DNA of 19,588 nt, taken from Pseudomonadota bacterium (GTDB lineage Bacteria; Bdellovibrionota; FAC87; UBA2466). Positions within the stretch are counted from its first letter, which is position 1; each line of letters starts with the position of its first letter. The notes under the pieces were generated by a model. The model was not told where the DNA came from, ran no database searches, and saw only the letters and a program-made list of their open reading frames with translations. The stretch lies in NCBI GenBank assembly GCA_043718025.1, contig JAYSWN010000190.1, positions 1-19,588 on the forward strand. Reading direction: 5' to 3'. Made by a program: the position numbers and the translations under genes. Below, piece after piece: positions 1-7,888 of this stretch.

Positions 1-786
1 CAGCAACCGTTTTTCAAACTCGGTGTCTTTAGGCTCTCCGGCGATATGTAACGCCAGCTCTTGCTCAATCCACCCGCGTCGAATCGCCAAATAGCGGTGG
101 GTGTTCTGGGGCTGACGGAGCGATTCGATCGGCTCCTGATAATCAAAAAATCGTGTGAATTTTCCGGTTGGTTTAGCCTTTTCGGTTTTTACCGCCCAAA
201 GCCAGCCCTTTTTCTGAACCGCGTCGCGAACCAAAGTACGAAGCCCTTGGTCCTCAGAAATTCTTTCCACTAAAATGTCCGTGGCGCCATCAATCGCCTG
301 CGGCACCTCTTTGATCCCTTTTTCTTCGCTGCGAAAGGTGTAGGCCCAAATGTCGAGCGTCTGGCCGCCTAGCGGTTTCTCGGTGCCGTGCCCACAATTC
401 CAGATCCAATCGGCCAGCGGCTGAAGCCCGGCTTCGCGCGCCATCATGGCTTTAGATTTTTTCTTTTGTTTGAAAGGCAGATAGAGATCTTCAAGTTGGT
501 CGAGATCAAAGGAGGCAGAGATTGTGTTTTTTAATTCTGGAGTGAGTTTCTTCTGCGAATCGATTTCGCTGAGGATGAAAGCCTGACGTTTGGTGATCTC
601 TTCCCACTCGCCTTTGAGATCGATCACTTTCTGAATGGCAACCTCATCCAAATTGCCGGTTGCCTCTTTACGGTAACGAGCAATGAATGGGACCGTTGCT
701 CCGGTGTCAGCCAGCTTGAGCACGCCAACCGCGCCACTCAGTTTGATGTCAGGAACTCTTTGGGAAAACCACGTCTCGAAATTCAC
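1..786 (-). CDS. tex: Tex family RNA-binding transcriptional accessory protein (5' part; runs off the left edge)
   Basis: Not in the ORF track. Manual translation of the minus strand from GTG at 786 gives an open frame to base 1 with Tex N-terminal hallmarks GATVPFIARYRKEATGNLDEV, LEDLYLPFKQKKKSKA, AREAGLQPLAD and HRYLAIRRG. Confidence 0.93.
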   Translation of the reverse strand, partial: MNFETWFSQRVPDIKLSGAVGVLKLADTGATVPFIARYRKEATGNLDEVAIQKVIDLKGEWEEITKRQAFILSEIDSQKKLTPELKNTISASFDLDQLEDLYLPFKQKKKSKAMMAREAGLQPLADWIWNCGHGTEKPLGGQTLDIWAYTFRSEEKGIKEVPQAIDGATDILVERISEDQGLRTLVRDAVQKKGWLWAVKTEKAKPTGKFTRFFDYQEPIESLRQPQNTHRYLAIRRGWIEQELALHIAGEPKDTEFEKRLL

Positions 787-802
787 GGCGAATGACTACC
801 TG

Positions 803-1129
803 TTATGGCTTGGCAACAGTTTGAGAAAGATAAAGAAACAACCCACTTAAATATTTTCGAGCCGAACCTACGGCACCAAATTTCTGGAAATCCTTGGGCA
901 CATGAAAAAGGAATTCGCAAACTTCAGTCGCGGACTCCCATACCACATTGCCCTCAAACGAATGCTTTTTAAACTTTCGCGCAACGAACGAGTAGGCGTT
1001 TTTGTAATTTGGCTCAGAAAATTTCTGTCGTTTTGCTGACGACGTTTCCGATGACGACTTGGGGGACGACTGCGCGGCAGTTTTTGCCCGAATCCCTGCT
1101 ACCGTTACCGGTGATCTTTTCTTAGCCAT
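803..1129 (-). CDS. Small basic hypothetical protein (108 aa), putative ParA partner
   Basis: Part of ORF 803..1330. The ATG at 1129 (MAKKRSPV...) lies 4 nt after the ParA stop (1134) with purine-rich GAGGG upstream. The longer start would overlap ParA by about 200 nt. It fills the ParA-tex gap. Confidence 0.7.
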   Translation of the reverse strand: MAKKRSPVTVAGIRAKTAAQSSPKSSSETSSAKRQKFSEPNYKNAYSFVARKFKKHSFEGNVVWESATEVCEFLFHVPKDFQKFGAVGSARKYLSGLFLYLSQTVAKP

Positions 1130-1133
1130 TTTC

Positions 1134-2099
1134 TTAAGCCCTACCCTCTTCATCGAAGAACTCCCGAAGCCCCAGGAGTTCTCGTACCAAAAGGTCGATA
1201 TCCTCGGCGGCATTTGACCGTTTGCCAAGCTGAAAGACTGACTTACCCAGGCTTTGGGCGTGGCGAAAGTTAACATCCGAACGCACCACAATGGGTACCA
1301 ACTGCGCCGGAGAAACGTCCATCTCGTCACTTATGTATCGGGTGGCCAATTTTTCTCGCGAATCATACTTCGACCACACCACCCAAACGTCCTGTTTCAG
1401 CGCGGTAAAATCGCTATAAATGCCTTTTAGCGACCCCAAGGTGAGCTTCATGCCGTGCACCCCGTATTCATCGGGGCTCACCGGAATGCATACGGTATCC
1501 GCGTAGAGAGTGGCCAAAAAGGTGTTGTGGCTCAAGTCAGGAGGCAGATCAAAAACAAGAATATCGAACTCTTCGCGCACCGGCTCAAAAAGTGAACGGT
1601 AGAAGGTGGTGGGGTTCTTGGTACGGTGAACCAGCTCCATCTCAAGCCGCGCGTTCTCCAGTGACGAAGGAAGCAGTGAGAAAGTGGGGGTCAGGCTGAC
1701 CAGCATCTTCTTGATGTCGCCTTCGCCCGTGATCAGATCAACAAATACCTTGCCCTGCCGCGGAGTGGCCCCAAAGGTCTGCGTGGCGTTGGCCTGCTTG
1801 TCTAAATCGACAAGCAATACCCGGGCCCCTAATTGCGAAAAGCGAAACGCGGTGTTGTAGGCCAAGGTGGTTTTAGCCGCCCCGCCCTTTAAGCAGTGAA
1901 AAATGAGGTTTTTTTTGGGAAAGGAGAAGCCGGCGGCTTCCATAACGCGTCTAGCTTGCAACGCATCCAAACGAACGTTGCCGTCGGTTTTTTTAACCGT
2001 CGCCCTGGCGCGAATAGGCGGCCCCTCGGGCTGCCCCAAAACGCCCATCAATCGTTGCAGCTCAAACGCTCGAATCGAGTTCTTTGTTTCTTCTTTCAC
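1134..2099 (-). CDS. parA: ParA/Soj-family ATPase with ~60 aa N-terminal extension (orphan, type Ia-like)
   Basis: Deviant Walker A LKGGAAKTT, A' motif LLVDLDKQAN, Walker B LVFDLPP, C-terminal VRSDVNFRHAQSLGKSVF similar to the Soj IPRNVRLSEAP region. GTG start. Confidence 0.88.
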   Translation of the reverse strand: MKEETKNSIRAFELQRLMGVLGQPEGPPIRARATVKKTDGNVRLDALQARRVMEAAGFSFPKKNLIFHCLKGGAAKTTLAYNTAFRFSQLGARVLLVDLDKQANATQTFGATPRQGKVFVDLITGEGDIKKMLVSLTPTFSLLPSSLENARLEMELVHRTKNPTTFYRSLFEPVREEFDILVFDLPPDLSHNTFLATLYADTVCIPVSPDEYGVHGMKLTLGSLKGIYSDFTALKQDVWVVWSKYDSREKLATRYISDEMDVSPAQLVPIVVRSDVNFRHAQSLGKSVFQLGKRSNAAEDIDLLVRELLGLREFFDEEGRA

Positions 2100-2108
2100 G
2101 GTGCTGGA

Positions 2109-2137
2109 ATTTTATGCCCTATCCGGCATAAAAACAA
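2109..2137 (-). promoter_or_regulatory. Putative sigma70 promoter of parA (TTGTTT-N17-TAAAAT) overlapped by a perfect 9-bp inverted repeat
   Basis: The minus strand reads TTGTTT (2137-2132), a 17-nt spacer, TAAAAT (2114-2109), then 9 nt to the GTG. Inverted repeat TTTTATGCC (2110-2118) / GGCATAAAA (2125-2133). Confidence 0.55.
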
Positions 2138-2206
2138 ACAGAGGTAATTTAAGCGTGGACGGCGGTTGGCCGGGATTACAGCAGAGAGATCGATGGCTGA
2201 AGTTGG

Positions 2207-3523
2207 TTAGAACTCCATCGGATCTTTGTCCCGGCGTTTCACCATGAATACAACTAGGCCCAGCACCAGAGTAACGGTCACGACGAGAAAAAGGTTATTT
2301 ACGATAAAGGCACCAAGGTTGGCGCTCGCCAGCGATTTTTCGCTCTTCTGCTTTACCTGGGCCAACGTCCGCTCTTTATCTGCCGCCACAAAGGGGTCTT
2401 CATCGACGTCTACGGCGTCGACGGCCGGCGTGTTAGCCTTGGCCTGAACCGTAGTGGCAACCAACCGTTCGGGGGCAAATTTAAGGACGACGCCTTCAGA
2501 AACCGCCGGCGTGGCCGTGGTCATCTGATTGATGTAGGCCAACTCTGACCAGCATCGAACATCTCCATAAAACTTAGCGGCCAAAGTTTTTAAGCTGTCG
2601 CCTTTTTGCACGCGGTGCTCTTTCAAGGTGACTTGCCCTTCCTCATAGAAGGAGAGAAAGGTGGTGTCGTTTTTAACCACCGGAGAATTGTAAACGATGC
2701 GGTTACCGGGTAACCAGTTTTGCACGCCGCCATTCCATTTCACCAGCTTGTCCGCCATCGCACGGTTTCCATATAGCAGTTCTGAAACTTTTTCGGTGTG
2801 GTCACCCGGACGCAAAAAGTAGAAGCGGTTTAACTTCGCACCCTCTTTTTCGACCACAGAAACTTGGTTAGTCACTACCGCCTTGGCGACGTGAGTATCC
2901 ACTGCTTGGGCAACCGCCACGAGCGGAGCCTTGGCTTGAGGCTTGGTTTCAGAAGTGTGAACCGTCGTCCCTTTTTGCTTATTCTTCTTGGATTTTTTTG
3001 GAGTATCCAGAGTAGGCATCGCTAAAATCGGTTCGTTCATCGAAGGGGCCATTAATGAGGAGTCAATCGTCGCGACGGAAGAGGGGGTCGAAATTTTTTC
3101 TTCGGCCTTAGGGTTCGGATTCATCTCACCCGATAACGGAAGCGCCTCCACTGAAGCTTTGGCTTCGGCTAAAATCTCCGATGCTTTTGATTCCGAAGCG
3201 GTAGTAACTAAAGTCGGTTCTGGTTTGGTTTCGCTCAGACTCTCTAAGGAGTGGCTAGGGCTCGAAGCGGTTTCTGAAATTCCTGGATCGACCGGTACGG
3301 TTGATTTGGTTTCGGTAGCTTCATTCATTGTAGAAGGGGCAGCGGTCTCTTTGGCGACCGCCTCTTCTTTTGAGGCCGGAACCGAAGAGGTGGCGGAAGC
3401 CACTTCGCCGCCCGCCGAAAACCGTTCTTCTTCAGCCGACATCTCTGGCGCGCTTGCGCACGAGATTAAGAGGCTCGAAAGAAGTACTGCCGCAACATTA
3501 AAGAACAGATTTTTAACTTTCAT
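2207..3523 (-). CDS. LysM-domain lipoprotein with long low-complexity linker and C-terminal transmembrane helix
   Basis: Signal peptide ending in lipobox-like LLISC. About 200 aa rich in S/T/E/A/P/K. Degenerate LysM (FYFLRPGDHTEKVSELLYG) and clearer LysM (HRVQKGDSLKTLAAKFYGDVRCWSELAYIN). Hydrophobic LFLVVTVTLVLGLVVFMV followed by KRR. Start is ATG 3523 or GTG 3532. Confidence 0.82.
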   Translation of the reverse strand: MKVKNLFFNVAAVLLSSLLISCASAPEMSAEEERFSAGGEVASATSSVPASKEEAVAKETAAPSTMNEATETKSTVPVDPGISETASSPSHSLESLSETKPEPTLVTTASESKASEILAEAKASVEALPLSGEMNPNPKAEEKISTPSSVATIDSSLMAPSMNEPILAMPTLDTPKKSKKNKQKGTTVHTSETKPQAKAPLVAVAQAVDTHVAKAVVTNQVSVVEKEGAKLNRFYFLRPGDHTEKVSELLYGNRAMADKLVKWNGGVQNWLPGNRIVYNSPVVKNDTTFLSFYEEGQVTLKEHRVQKGDSLKTLAAKFYGDVRCWSELAYINQMTTATPAVSEGVVLKFAPERLVATTVQAKANTPAVDAVDVDEDPFVAADKERTLAQVKQKSEKSLASANLGAFIVNNLFLVVTVTLVLGLVVFMVKRRDKDPMEF

Positions 3524-3632
3524 TAGTGTCACCCTAAAGCGCCATTTCCCGCTCAGCTTAGTTGAGCCTGAGGGGCCCCCTGGCGCTCCCTGATTTCAAA
3601 AGAGTCCTATCCTAATGGTCTCTCTACCAATC

Positions 3633-3660
3633 GTATCGGCAGAGTTTGCAAACAATGTGA
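3633..3660 (-). promoter_or_regulatory. Possible sigma28 (FliA) promoter for the LysM lipoprotein gene
   Basis: Minus-strand GCCGATAC (3640-3633) matches the sigma28 -10 consensus GCCGATAA at 7 of 8 positions, about 100 nt upstream of the gene. The -35 match is poor. Confidence 0.3.
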
Positions 3661-3712
3661 GAGAAAAAATTGTTTTAAAGCAGTTAGTTAGCGAGTACTC
3701 ACCGAGTTTTGC

Positions 3713-3733
3713 GACTAGCCGCGTTGGCTAGTC
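3713..3733. repeat. Perfect 8-bp inverted repeat in divergent intergenic region
   Basis: GACTAGCC-gcgtt-GGCTAGTC, with no U-tract on either strand. Confidence 0.6.
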
Positions 3734-3792
3734 AGTCGGAACCCTCACGCCACACGCCATTTGAAAGGTAAGCAAATCCGAATAATTGCCGC

Positions 3793-3820
3793 TTGAGTAA
3801 CCGGGCCGCCCCCGTATAGA
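3793..3820 (+). promoter_or_regulatory. Possible sigma70 promoter of the ugp operon
   Basis: TTGAGT (3793-3798), 16-nt spacer, TATAGA (3815-3820), about 25 nt before the TTG start, with a G-run as possible RBS. Confidence 0.35.
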
Positions 3821-3845
3821 AATGACGCTCGGGGGTTAATGCGCC

Positions 3846-4874
3846 TTGGCAAAAGTAGAATTCAAACAAGTGGCAAAGTCTTTTGGCGATCGACCAATTC
3901 TCAAGGGGATTGATCTGCAGATCGCCGACGGCGAGTTTTTGGTTTTAGTCGGGCCATCGGGCTGCGGTAAAAGCACCTTGCTACGGCTGTTGGCCGGGCT
4001 CGAAGAACTCACCGCTGGCGACATTTACATCGGCAACCGCTCGGTTGCCGGCTTGCCGCCGACCGAGCGCGGCATCGCCATGGTGTTTCAAAACTACGCA
4101 CTTTATCCGCACATGACGGTTCGTAAAAATATGGAGTTTGGTCTGCGCCTGGCCAAGACTGCCCCAGCGGAGATTGCCTCGCGGGTAAACGAAGCCGCCC
4201 GACTTTTGGGGCTGGAAGACCAGATGGACAAAAAGCCCGGGCAACTTTCGGGGGGCCAAAAGCAACGAGTGGCGATGGGACGCGCCATGGTGCGCGATCC
4301 CAAGGTGTTTTTATTCGACGAACCGTTATCCAACCTCGACGCACAGCTGCGCGTACGCATGCGGGCCGAAATTTCGCTGTTACACAAGCGGCTCAAATGC
4401 ACGGTGTTATATGTAACCCATGACCAGGTCGAGGCCATGACTCTGGCCAGCCGCATCGCGGTGATGAACTTGGGAAAGATCGAACAGCTCGGGACACCGC
4501 TTGAACTTTACGGTGACCCCCACACTCAATTTGTAGCTACCTTTATTGGCACCCCCAGTATGAATATGGTGAGCACAAAGCACACCGCCAAGCTTTCGGT
4601 GCCGCCCACGGCCACGGCCGCGGGCTTTCGACCCGAAAGCATTGTCCTCGGCAACGATTTCACCGACGAAACCGTGCCTTTAGGTGAAGCGGAAGTGGCG
4701 CTCATTGAGCCGTTGGGCTCGACCAGCTACTACCACTTACGCTGGAATCTCGATTTAATTGTGGCTGAAAATCGTGTCCCTAATATGAAAGCTTTGGGCG
4801 AAAAAATCGCCTTCGGGGTTAAGCCGTCCGATGTCTTTTATTTCGATGAAGGGGGCCGGCGGGTTCGCAGCTGA
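3846..4874 (+). CDS. ugpC: sn-glycerol-3-phosphate ABC transporter ATP-binding protein (CUT1, UgpC/MalK type)
   Basis: Walker A GPSGCGKST, VFQNYALYPHM, signature LSGGQKQR, Walker B FLFDEPLSNLD, YVTHDQVEAM and a C-terminal TOBE-like region. Substrate assigned from operon context. Confidence 0.88.
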   Translation: MAKVEFKQVAKSFGDRPILKGIDLQIADGEFLVLVGPSGCGKSTLLRLLAGLEELTAGDIYIGNRSVAGLPPTERGIAMVFQNYALYPHMTVRKNMEFGLRLAKTAPAEIASRVNEAARLLGLEDQMDKKPGQLSGGQKQRVAMGRAMVRDPKVFLFDEPLSNLDAQLRVRMRAEISLLHKRLKCTVLYVTHDQVEAMTLASRIAVMNLGKIEQLGTPLELYGDPHTQFVATFIGTPSMNMVSTKHTAKLSVPPTATAAGFRPESIVLGNDFTDETVPLGEAEVALIEPLGSTSYYHLRWNLDLIVAENRVPNMKALGEKIAFGVKPSDVFYFDEGGRRVRS

Positions 4875-5749
4875 TGCGATTTCAGGGGGAAAAGGCCTTA
4901 TTTCTGGGACTGGTATTTCCGGCGCTCGCAATTTTATTGACCTTCGTAGCGTATCCCGCCGTGAAGTCGTTGTACCTAAGCTTTCACGATGTCGAACCCT
5001 TTACCCAAACCCTCTCTTGGGTCGGGCTCGAGAATTTCAAAAATCTATTTGGTTCGGCCGATTTTTTTCACAGCTTAAAAGTGACGTTTCATTTTTCTCT
5101 GCTCACGGTGCTGCCCGCCGTATTTTTAAGTTTAATTCTAGCCCTACTTCTCGATGCCAATCCCTTTTTTCAAAACCTATGGCGCACTCTCTTTTTGTTG
5201 CCGGTAGCCATTTCGTCGGCGATGGCGGCCATGCTTTGGATCTTTCTTTTTAATCCCACCGCCGGCTATCTCAACTACTTGCTCGACTGTTTCGGCGTTA
5301 GCGGCCCCAACTGGCTGGCCGATCCAAATTGGGCGCTCTACTCCGTAGCGTTGGTCACGGTTTGGAAAGAGATCGGTTTTAACGTCATTTTCTTTTTGGC
5401 GGGCCTCTCGTCCATTCCCAAAGATGTGACCGAGGCCGCGTGGATCGACGGGGCAAGCGCTTGGCGCCGAACGGTTTCGATCACGTTGCCGCTACTGTCG
5501 CCCACCATTTTATTTGTCACCATTGTCTCGTTGATCAACTCGTTTCAAACCTTCGGGCAAATTCATATTCTTACCGGCGGTGGCCCCGCCGGAACCACCA
5601 CCACGTTAGTTTATAATCTTTATCAAGACGCCTTTACCAACTTTAGAACCGGCTTTGCCTCGGCGCAGGCGGTGGTGCTTTTCGCCATTCTTTTAGTAGC
5701 CACCTATTTGCAATTCAAAGCGGCCAAGAGCCGGGTGCATTATGGGTAA
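4874..5749 (+). CDS. ugpA: Carbohydrate/G3P ABC transporter permease
   Basis: Several hydrophobic helices and EAA loop EAAWIDGASAWRR. Overlaps the ugpC stop (TGATG). Confidence 0.82.
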   Translation: MRFQGEKALFLGLVFPALAILLTFVAYPAVKSLYLSFHDVEPFTQTLSWVGLENFKNLFGSADFFHSLKVTFHFSLLTVLPAVFLSLILALLLDANPFFQNLWRTLFLLPVAISSAMAAMLWIFLFNPTAGYLNYLLDCFGVSGPNWLADPNWALYSVALVTVWKEIGFNVIFFLAGLSSIPKDVTEAAWIDGASAWRRTVSITLPLLSPTILFVTIVSLINSFQTFGQIHILTGGGPAGTTTTLVYNLYQDAFTNFRTGFASAQAVVLFAILLVATYLQFKAAKSRVHYG

Positions 5750-6566
5750 GATGAATAAACAGCGTCTCTTGCTTACGGCGCTGCTTTGCGTGCCGGCGCT
5801 CTTTCACTTTGCCCCCATTTTTTACCTGGTGTGCATGTCCTTTAAAGTGGGTGGCGAGGTGATCCAGTACCCACCTAAATTACTGCCCGAGTCGCTTAAT
5901 ATTGAAAATTACAAAGCGGCCTTGGAAATGGCGCCGCTGGGCCGATTTTTAATCAACTCGGTGCTGGTCTCCACCGCAATGATGATTCTACAGGTGATCA
6001 CATCACTCTTGGCCGCCTACGCCCTGGCAAGAATTGAGTTTCCGAAAAAGGAATGGATCCTAGGTTTTATACTCATGACGATGTTCGTACCGGGCGAGGT
6101 AACCATCATCCCTAATTACTTCACCCTGGCCGGCTGGGAATGGCTAAATACCTACCGCGGACTGGTGGCGCCTTATGCGGCTTCGGGCTTCGGCGTCTTT
6201 TTGCTGTACCAGTTTTTTAAAACCGTGCCCAAAGAACTTGAAGAGGCCGCGCTCATTGACGGCTGCTCGCGTCTACGCTTCCTTTTTCAGATTTTGGTTC
6301 CCCTTTCGATGCCGGCAATTTTGGCATTCGCGCTTTATTCCTTTGTAAATAGCTGGAATCAATATCTGTGGCCACTGGTGGTTACCCAGTCCACCGAGAT
6401 GCAGACCGCACAGATTGGCTTGGGAATGTTTCGCGCGCAAAACGAGTCGATGAGCTGGGGCGTGGTCATGGCGGCCACCACTATGCTGGTGGCGCCAACC
6501 CTGCTTTTGTTCGTGGCTACCCAGAGGCATTTTGTGCGTGGTATCACCATGTCCGGTATGAAGTGA
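5742..6566 (+). CDS. ugpE: Carbohydrate/G3P ABC transporter permease
   Basis: EAA motif ELEEAALIDG, WNQYLWPL, C-terminal QRHFVRGI. Overlaps the upstream permease. Confidence 0.82.
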   Translation: MGKMNKQRLLLTALLCVPALFHFAPIFYLVCMSFKVGGEVIQYPPKLLPESLNIENYKAALEMAPLGRFLINSVLVSTAMMILQVITSLLAAYALARIEFPKKEWILGFILMTMFVPGEVTIIPNYFTLAGWEWLNTYRGLVAPYAASGFGVFLLYQFFKTVPKELEEAALIDGCSRLRFLFQILVPLSMPAILAFALYSFVNSWNQYLWPLVVTQSTEMQTAQIGLGMFRAQNESMSWGVVMAATTMLVAPTLLLFVATQRHFVRGITMSGMK

Positions 6567-6573
6567 GGTAACG

Positions 6574-7884
6574 ATGAAATTTTACTCCTTAGTCTCCGCC
6601 CTTTTCCTGTTCTCCGCATCGACTTTCGGAGCGAACAAAACGCTTCAGTTTTGGCATTCGATGACGGGCGATAATGGCAAGTTAATGCAATCGCTGATCA
6701 CCGAGTTCAACGCCAAGAACGCCACCAAGGGTTTTGAGGTCACGCCCCAATTTGTCGGCACCTACGAAGAGGCCATTAATAAATTGCGCACTTCACTGCT
6801 CGCCAAAAAAGGGCCGCACATCATACAGATTGCAGACCTAGGCACGCAGGTGATGATCGATTCGGGCGCGGTGACCCCATTGCAGGATTTAGTCGGAAAC
6901 GATGCTGAGTTTCCCTTGAAAGAAATCTTACCCGGTGTCCGCCGTTATTATGAAATCAACGGCAAGTTTTACTCTCTGCCGTTCGCTACCTCAAACCCGA
7001 TTCTGTATTACAACGTGGATGCTTTTCAAAAGGCGAATTTGAAGCGGCCACCCGAAACTTTTGCCGAAGTTGAAGCTTACGCTCGCGTACTTTCCGATAA
7101 GAGTTCGAAAGTCACCGGCATTACTTGGCCACTTCACTCTTGGTTTTTCGAACAGTTTTTAGCGATTCAGGGTAAGCCCTTGGTCAACTTCGACAACGGC
7201 CGCAAACAGCGCGCTACCGAAGCCCTTTATCTTTCGAGTGAAGCCATTGAGTTTGTGACGTTGTGGGCGCGCATGGTGAAAGAAGGTACGTTCGCCAATG
7301 TAGGCCGAGGCTGGGAGCCCGCCGAGCAAAATTTTTTAGCGGGGCGTAGCACCATGCTGATCACCTCCACCAGCGATGTGTTCAACGTTATTAAGAAAGC
7401 CAAATTTAGAGTGATGACGGCCCCCGTACCCAAAAGGTTTCGCGATAATGTGGGCGGTACAATCGTAGGCGGAAACTCTTTGTGGATTTTGAATCACACG
7501 CCGGCTGACGAGCAGAAACTGGCGTATGAATTTTTGAAATTCATGGCCTCGAAAGAGACCCAACGTAAATGGCACACCAACACCGGTTACTTTCCCATTC
7601 GTCAGGATCTGATTGCCGATCTTGAGAAGGAAGGGTTTTACGAAAAATATCCGGCGGCTCGCACCGCAATCAACCAGCTTAAAGCCTCGCCCGATATTGC
7701 GGCTACCCACGGTGCTTTGATGGGAACCTTTGCCGAAGCCCGCGTACACATTGAATCTGCGATCGAACGCGTGCTGTCTGGGCAGGCCGAGCCCAAAGAG
7801 GCGTTGGCTAAAGCTAAGACTCAAACGGACGAGGCGCTCGGGCGCTACAACAAATCTTTTGCGACCAAAAAGAGTGTAAAATAA
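6574..7884 (+). CDS. ugpB: ABC transporter periplasmic substrate-binding protein (G3P/glycerophosphodiester)
   Basis: Signal peptide and UgpB-like motifs FWHSMTG, LPFATSNPILYYN, GGNSLWI, WHTNTGYFP. RBS GAGG upstream. Confidence 0.82.
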   Translation: MKFYSLVSALFLFSASTFGANKTLQFWHSMTGDNGKLMQSLITEFNAKNATKGFEVTPQFVGTYEEAINKLRTSLLAKKGPHIIQIADLGTQVMIDSGAVTPLQDLVGNDAEFPLKEILPGVRRYYEINGKFYSLPFATSNPILYYNVDAFQKANLKRPPETFAEVEAYARVLSDKSSKVTGITWPLHSWFFEQFLAIQGKPLVNFDNGRKQRATEALYLSSEAIEFVTLWARMVKEGTFANVGRGWEPAEQNFLAGRSTMLITSTSDVFNVIKKAKFRVMTAPVPKRFRDNVGGTIVGGNSLWILNHTPADEQKLAYEFLKFMASKETQRKWHTNTGYFPIRQDLIADLEKEGFYEKYPAARTAINQLKASPDIAATHGALMGTFAEARVHIESAIERVLSGQAEPKEALAKAKTQTDEALGRYNKSFATKKSVK

Positions 7885-7888
7885 AGTC

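Noticed and set aside
61..273. 70-aa plus-strand ORF
   Set aside because: Antisense shadow of tex, which has strong family motifs on the minus strand.
1130..1330. N-terminal 67 aa of ORF 803..1330
   Set aside because: Overlaps the ParA C-terminus out of frame. ATG 1129 just after the ParA stop is the more plausible start.
2110..2133. Inverted repeat as rho-independent terminator or canonical parS
   Set aside because: No U-tract after the stem on either strand, and it does not match the parS consensus TGTTTCACGTGAAACA. Kept only as a candidate operator.
2988..3593. 201-aa plus-strand ORF
   Set aside because: Antisense to the low-complexity linker of the LysM lipoprotein, with mirrored composition and no motifs.
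3647..3662. sigma54-like TCTCACATTGTTTGCA on the minus strand
   Set aside because: Spacing and the -12 TTGCA fit, but the essential -24 GG is replaced by CT.
3594..3845. Pho box or riboswitch upstream of the ugp operon
   Set aside because: No CTGTCAT 11-bp tandem repeats or recognisable riboswitch consensus seen. An Rfam scan would be needed to exclude an RNA element fully.
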